DNA of 53,880 nucleotides from a virus (Duplodnaviria; Heunggongvirae; Uroviricota; Caudoviricetes): IMG/VR virus record IMGVR_UViG_2617270943_000003, positions 1 to 53,880 of that record; one strand, 5' to 3'. Shown piece by piece: positions 51,688 to 53,880 of this stretch (position 1 is its first letter; each line of letters starts with the position of its first letter). The notes under the pieces were generated by a model. It saw only the letters and a program-made list of their open reading frames with translations, ran no database searches and was not told where the DNA came from. The position numbers and the translations under genes were made by a program.

Positions 51688-53880
51688 ATGATTTATACAA
51701 CGGGAACAATTGCCATTAGCGGCAATACTGTTACAGGTACGGGAACAAACTTTTCCGCGCCGCTTTCTCTCATCCGTGTAGGGTGCACGCTAATTGCCAT
51801 TAGCAATCCTATCCAGATCTTTACCATCACAGAAATTAAGAACGGTACTGAATTATCAGTGACGCCAGCGGCTAATCCTGCCATCGCTGCAGGGACAAAA
51901 TTTAGCATTCTGCTTTCTGACTCGATCTCAGTTGATGGGCTTGCTCAGGACGTAGCGGAAACGCTTCGTTTTTATCAGGAAAAAGAAGATGAAATATCCA
52001 GCGCCATAGATGGTAGCAATATTGGTTTAGGGCCAGAGCCGCGAGATTGCACTGATATATCAGGCAACCCGTCTTCTTACGTTGGCTTTTTACGCATCAA
52101 GGAAACAGCCAATGGCTTTCCTGACGTAGCGGCTGGTGAGTCATTTTTAAGTGGATTCATCTGTCAACGAGACGGCACGCCTTCATATACAGGCGTATTT
52201 GTCGGTTGGTCCACGCGATCACTTTATACTTATACATGGGTCGCAACATCAGGCCCGAACTGGACACGCCACGCACGGAAGGATGAAATAGATCGCTTGC
52301 TTCAGGTTAGTAACTCCGCAAAAGAAACTCAGTTATGGGACGGAGAAAAGAAAAATTACATCTTCGTTAATAACACCGGGTGGGGTGCTTATTCAAAGGA
52401 TGGGGCTGTTAAGTTAGGCGTTATGTATGGCGGTACTGGAGGAGGAAACGCAGGAGAAGCCAGAAAAAACTTAATGGTTATGTATGATGCAAAAACTAGC
52501 CTTGATGCGAGTCAAAATCTTGATGACTTAAAAGGAAGCTCATCAGGCTTTTATCATCAAGTACTCTCTGCCAACGCAAAACCTGAATTAAATTACCCGG
52601 TACAGATTGCCGGTTCATTGTTAGTGCAAAAAACTGGCGCAGGCGATTCAGAAGGGTGCATACAGACCTATTATTTGTTTAACAATATGGCAATTAGTTA
52701 TAGAAGGGCGTATGGCGGGCAAGGTTGGAGCGCATGGAAAAAAATAGTATCAACAGAAAGAATTGAAGAAGGCGAATCGACTACTTACGTTTATTCGAAT
52801 TATTTACCAACAGCGCCACGCTTTCAGGTGTCAACATCTGGATTGTGGGGTTGTCATAACGGATCTGGATGGGTTCCATTAGCTATCTCACAGGGTGGTA
52901 CTGGTGCGGCAAGCGTTGATAATGCCAGGACTAATCTCGGATTGGGTAGAAATAGCAGCCCTCAGCTTGATAGCCTGTTTCTCGACAAGTCTAGTGATTC
53001 TACTAGTAACTACACTAGTGGCGGGATGCTCCATACGAGACTGTTAGCAAGTGATAACACTGTGCGCCTTGCTGGTGATATGTATGTTCAGACTTACCCA
53101 AATGAGCTAGGTCGATTAACAATAAGGTTTATATGCGGTGGTTCAACTGGCACTACAAGATATCTAGAGCTTACCACAGAAGGTAATTTGCTTGTAGATA
53201 GTGCAATACTAAAATCAAATCTTGAAAAACCTTTGCAAATAAATAGTGTTAACCCGGCAGTAATGTTTAATGAAACAGATCGCCCTGCAAACACGCCTAC
53301 TTATACTCTCGTTGCTAATGCTGGCGACTGGTTTATTCAGAAGCGCTATTATGATGATGCCGGAAGCGTTAGCAACGCAATTGCATATAGTTTCGCAAAC
53401 GACAGACTTGATGTACAAAATCTTAAAGCATCTGGTCACATTACATGCGTAACAGTAAACCAGTCATCAGATCGCGATCTGAAGGACAACATTCAGGTTA
53501 TAGGCGATGCTACTGAAGCCATCCGTAAAATGAACGGGTACACCTACACGCTTAAGGAAAATGGTCTGCCTTACGCTGGCGTTATCGCTCAGGAGGTCAT
53601 GGAGGCGCTACCGGAAGCGGTAGGATCGTTTACTCATTACGGTGAAGCGTTACAAGGTCCGACCATTGACGGCAACGAGCTACGCGAAGAAACGCGCTAT
53701 CTTAATGTTGACTACGCTGCGGTGACTGGTTTACTTGTCCAGGTGGCACGCGAAACAGATAACCGCGTCACCGAACTGGAAGAGGAAAACGCCAGCTTAC
53801 GTGCTAACATTGCCGTCATGGATGAGCGGATCACAAAACTTGAAGCGCTTGTCAGGAAGTTAACCGGAAGCGAAAAATAA
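51688..53880 (+). CDS. Tail fibre protein with C-terminal intramolecular chaperone (S74-like) domain
   Basis: C-terminus (DLKDNIQVIGDATEAIRKMNGYTYTLKENGLPYAGVIAQEV...YLNVDYAAVTGLLVQ...coiled coil) resembles the self-cleaving chaperone domain of tail fibres; Gly/Thr/Ser-rich fibre region upstream. Confidence 0.75.
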   Translation: MIYTTGTIAISGNTVTGTGTNFSAPLSLIRVGCTLIAISNPIQIFTITEIKNGTELSVTPAANPAIAAGTKFSILLSDSISVDGLAQDVAETLRFYQEKEDEISSAIDGSNIGLGPEPRDCTDISGNPSSYVGFLRIKETANGFPDVAAGESFLSGFICQRDGTPSYTGVFVGWSTRSLYTYTWVATSGPNWTRHARKDEIDRLLQVSNSAKETQLWDGEKKNYIFVNNTGWGAYSKDGAVKLGVMYGGTGGGNAGEARKNLMVMYDAKTSLDASQNLDDLKGSSSGFYHQVLSANAKPELNYPVQIAGSLLVQKTGAGDSEGCIQTYYLFNNMAISYRRAYGGQGWSAWKKIVSTERIEEGESTTYVYSNYLPTAPRFQVSTSGLWGCHNGSGWVPLAISQGGTGAASVDNARTNLGLGRNSSPQLDSLFLDKSSDSTSNYTSGGMLHTRLLASDNTVRLAGDMYVQTYPNELGRLTIRFICGGSTGTTRYLELTTEGNLLVDSAILKSNLEKPLQINSVNPAVMFNETDRPANTPTYTLVANAGDWFIQKRYYDDAGSVSNAIAYSFANDRLDVQNLKASGHITCVTVNQSSDRDLKDNIQVIGDATEAIRKMNGYTYTLKENGLPYAGVIAQEVMEALPEAVGSFTHYGEALQGPTIDGNELREETRYLNVDYAAVTGLLVQVARETDNRVTELEEENASLRANIAVMDERITKLEALVRKLTGSEK

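Noticed and set aside
1-53880. tRNA genes, attachment-site core repeats, transposases or IS elements
   Set aside because: No cloverleaf-like tRNA sequence, no transposase-like ORF and no terminal inverted repeats were recognised by eye. The window starts essentially at int, so attL and any flanking tRNA would lie outside it. A tRNAscan run would be needed to be definitive.

Overview
The window is almost entirely one lambdoid, siphovirus-type temperate prophage of an enterobacterial host, running from a P4-type tyrosine integrase at the left edge to a tail fibre gene ending at the right edge. All calls come from reading the ORF translations and the nucleotide sequence by eye; no database search or folding program was run. 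Layout: int/xis (1-1412); a leftward operon (7997 down to 1412) with an HTH protein, a DUF4373-like replication organizer, an HTH-metallophosphatase fusion, a DnaB-type helicase and NinB; a CI-like LexA/S24 repressor (8304-8951); a rightward early operon (9452-18944) with an N-like arginine-rich protein, Erf, SSB, Dam-like and C5-like methyltransferases, NinG, RusA and a Q-like antiterminator; about 25 small unknown genes plus a PAPS-reductase-like protein; a lysis cassette (pinholin-like holin, SAR lysozyme, Rz with embedded Rz1); TerS/TerL, portal, head morphogenesis, scaffold, capsid; and lambda-like tail genes (tape measure, M, L, K, I, J, tail fibre). The most unusual feature is a compact array of eleven back-to-back 22-32-codon ORFs (26675-27607), each with its own Shine-Dalgarno-like sequence and each encoding a single hydrophobic helix, lying between the lysis cassette and terminase where no ORF of 60 aa or more exists. 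Other items worth follow-up are three opposite-strand accessory cassettes inserted between tail genes, a recurrent TACAAAATGG / CCATTTTGTA element often paired with CRP-like TGTGA-N6-TCACA palindromes at module junctions, and a methyltransferase/transporter-like cluster. No tRNA, CRISPR array or transposase was recognised.
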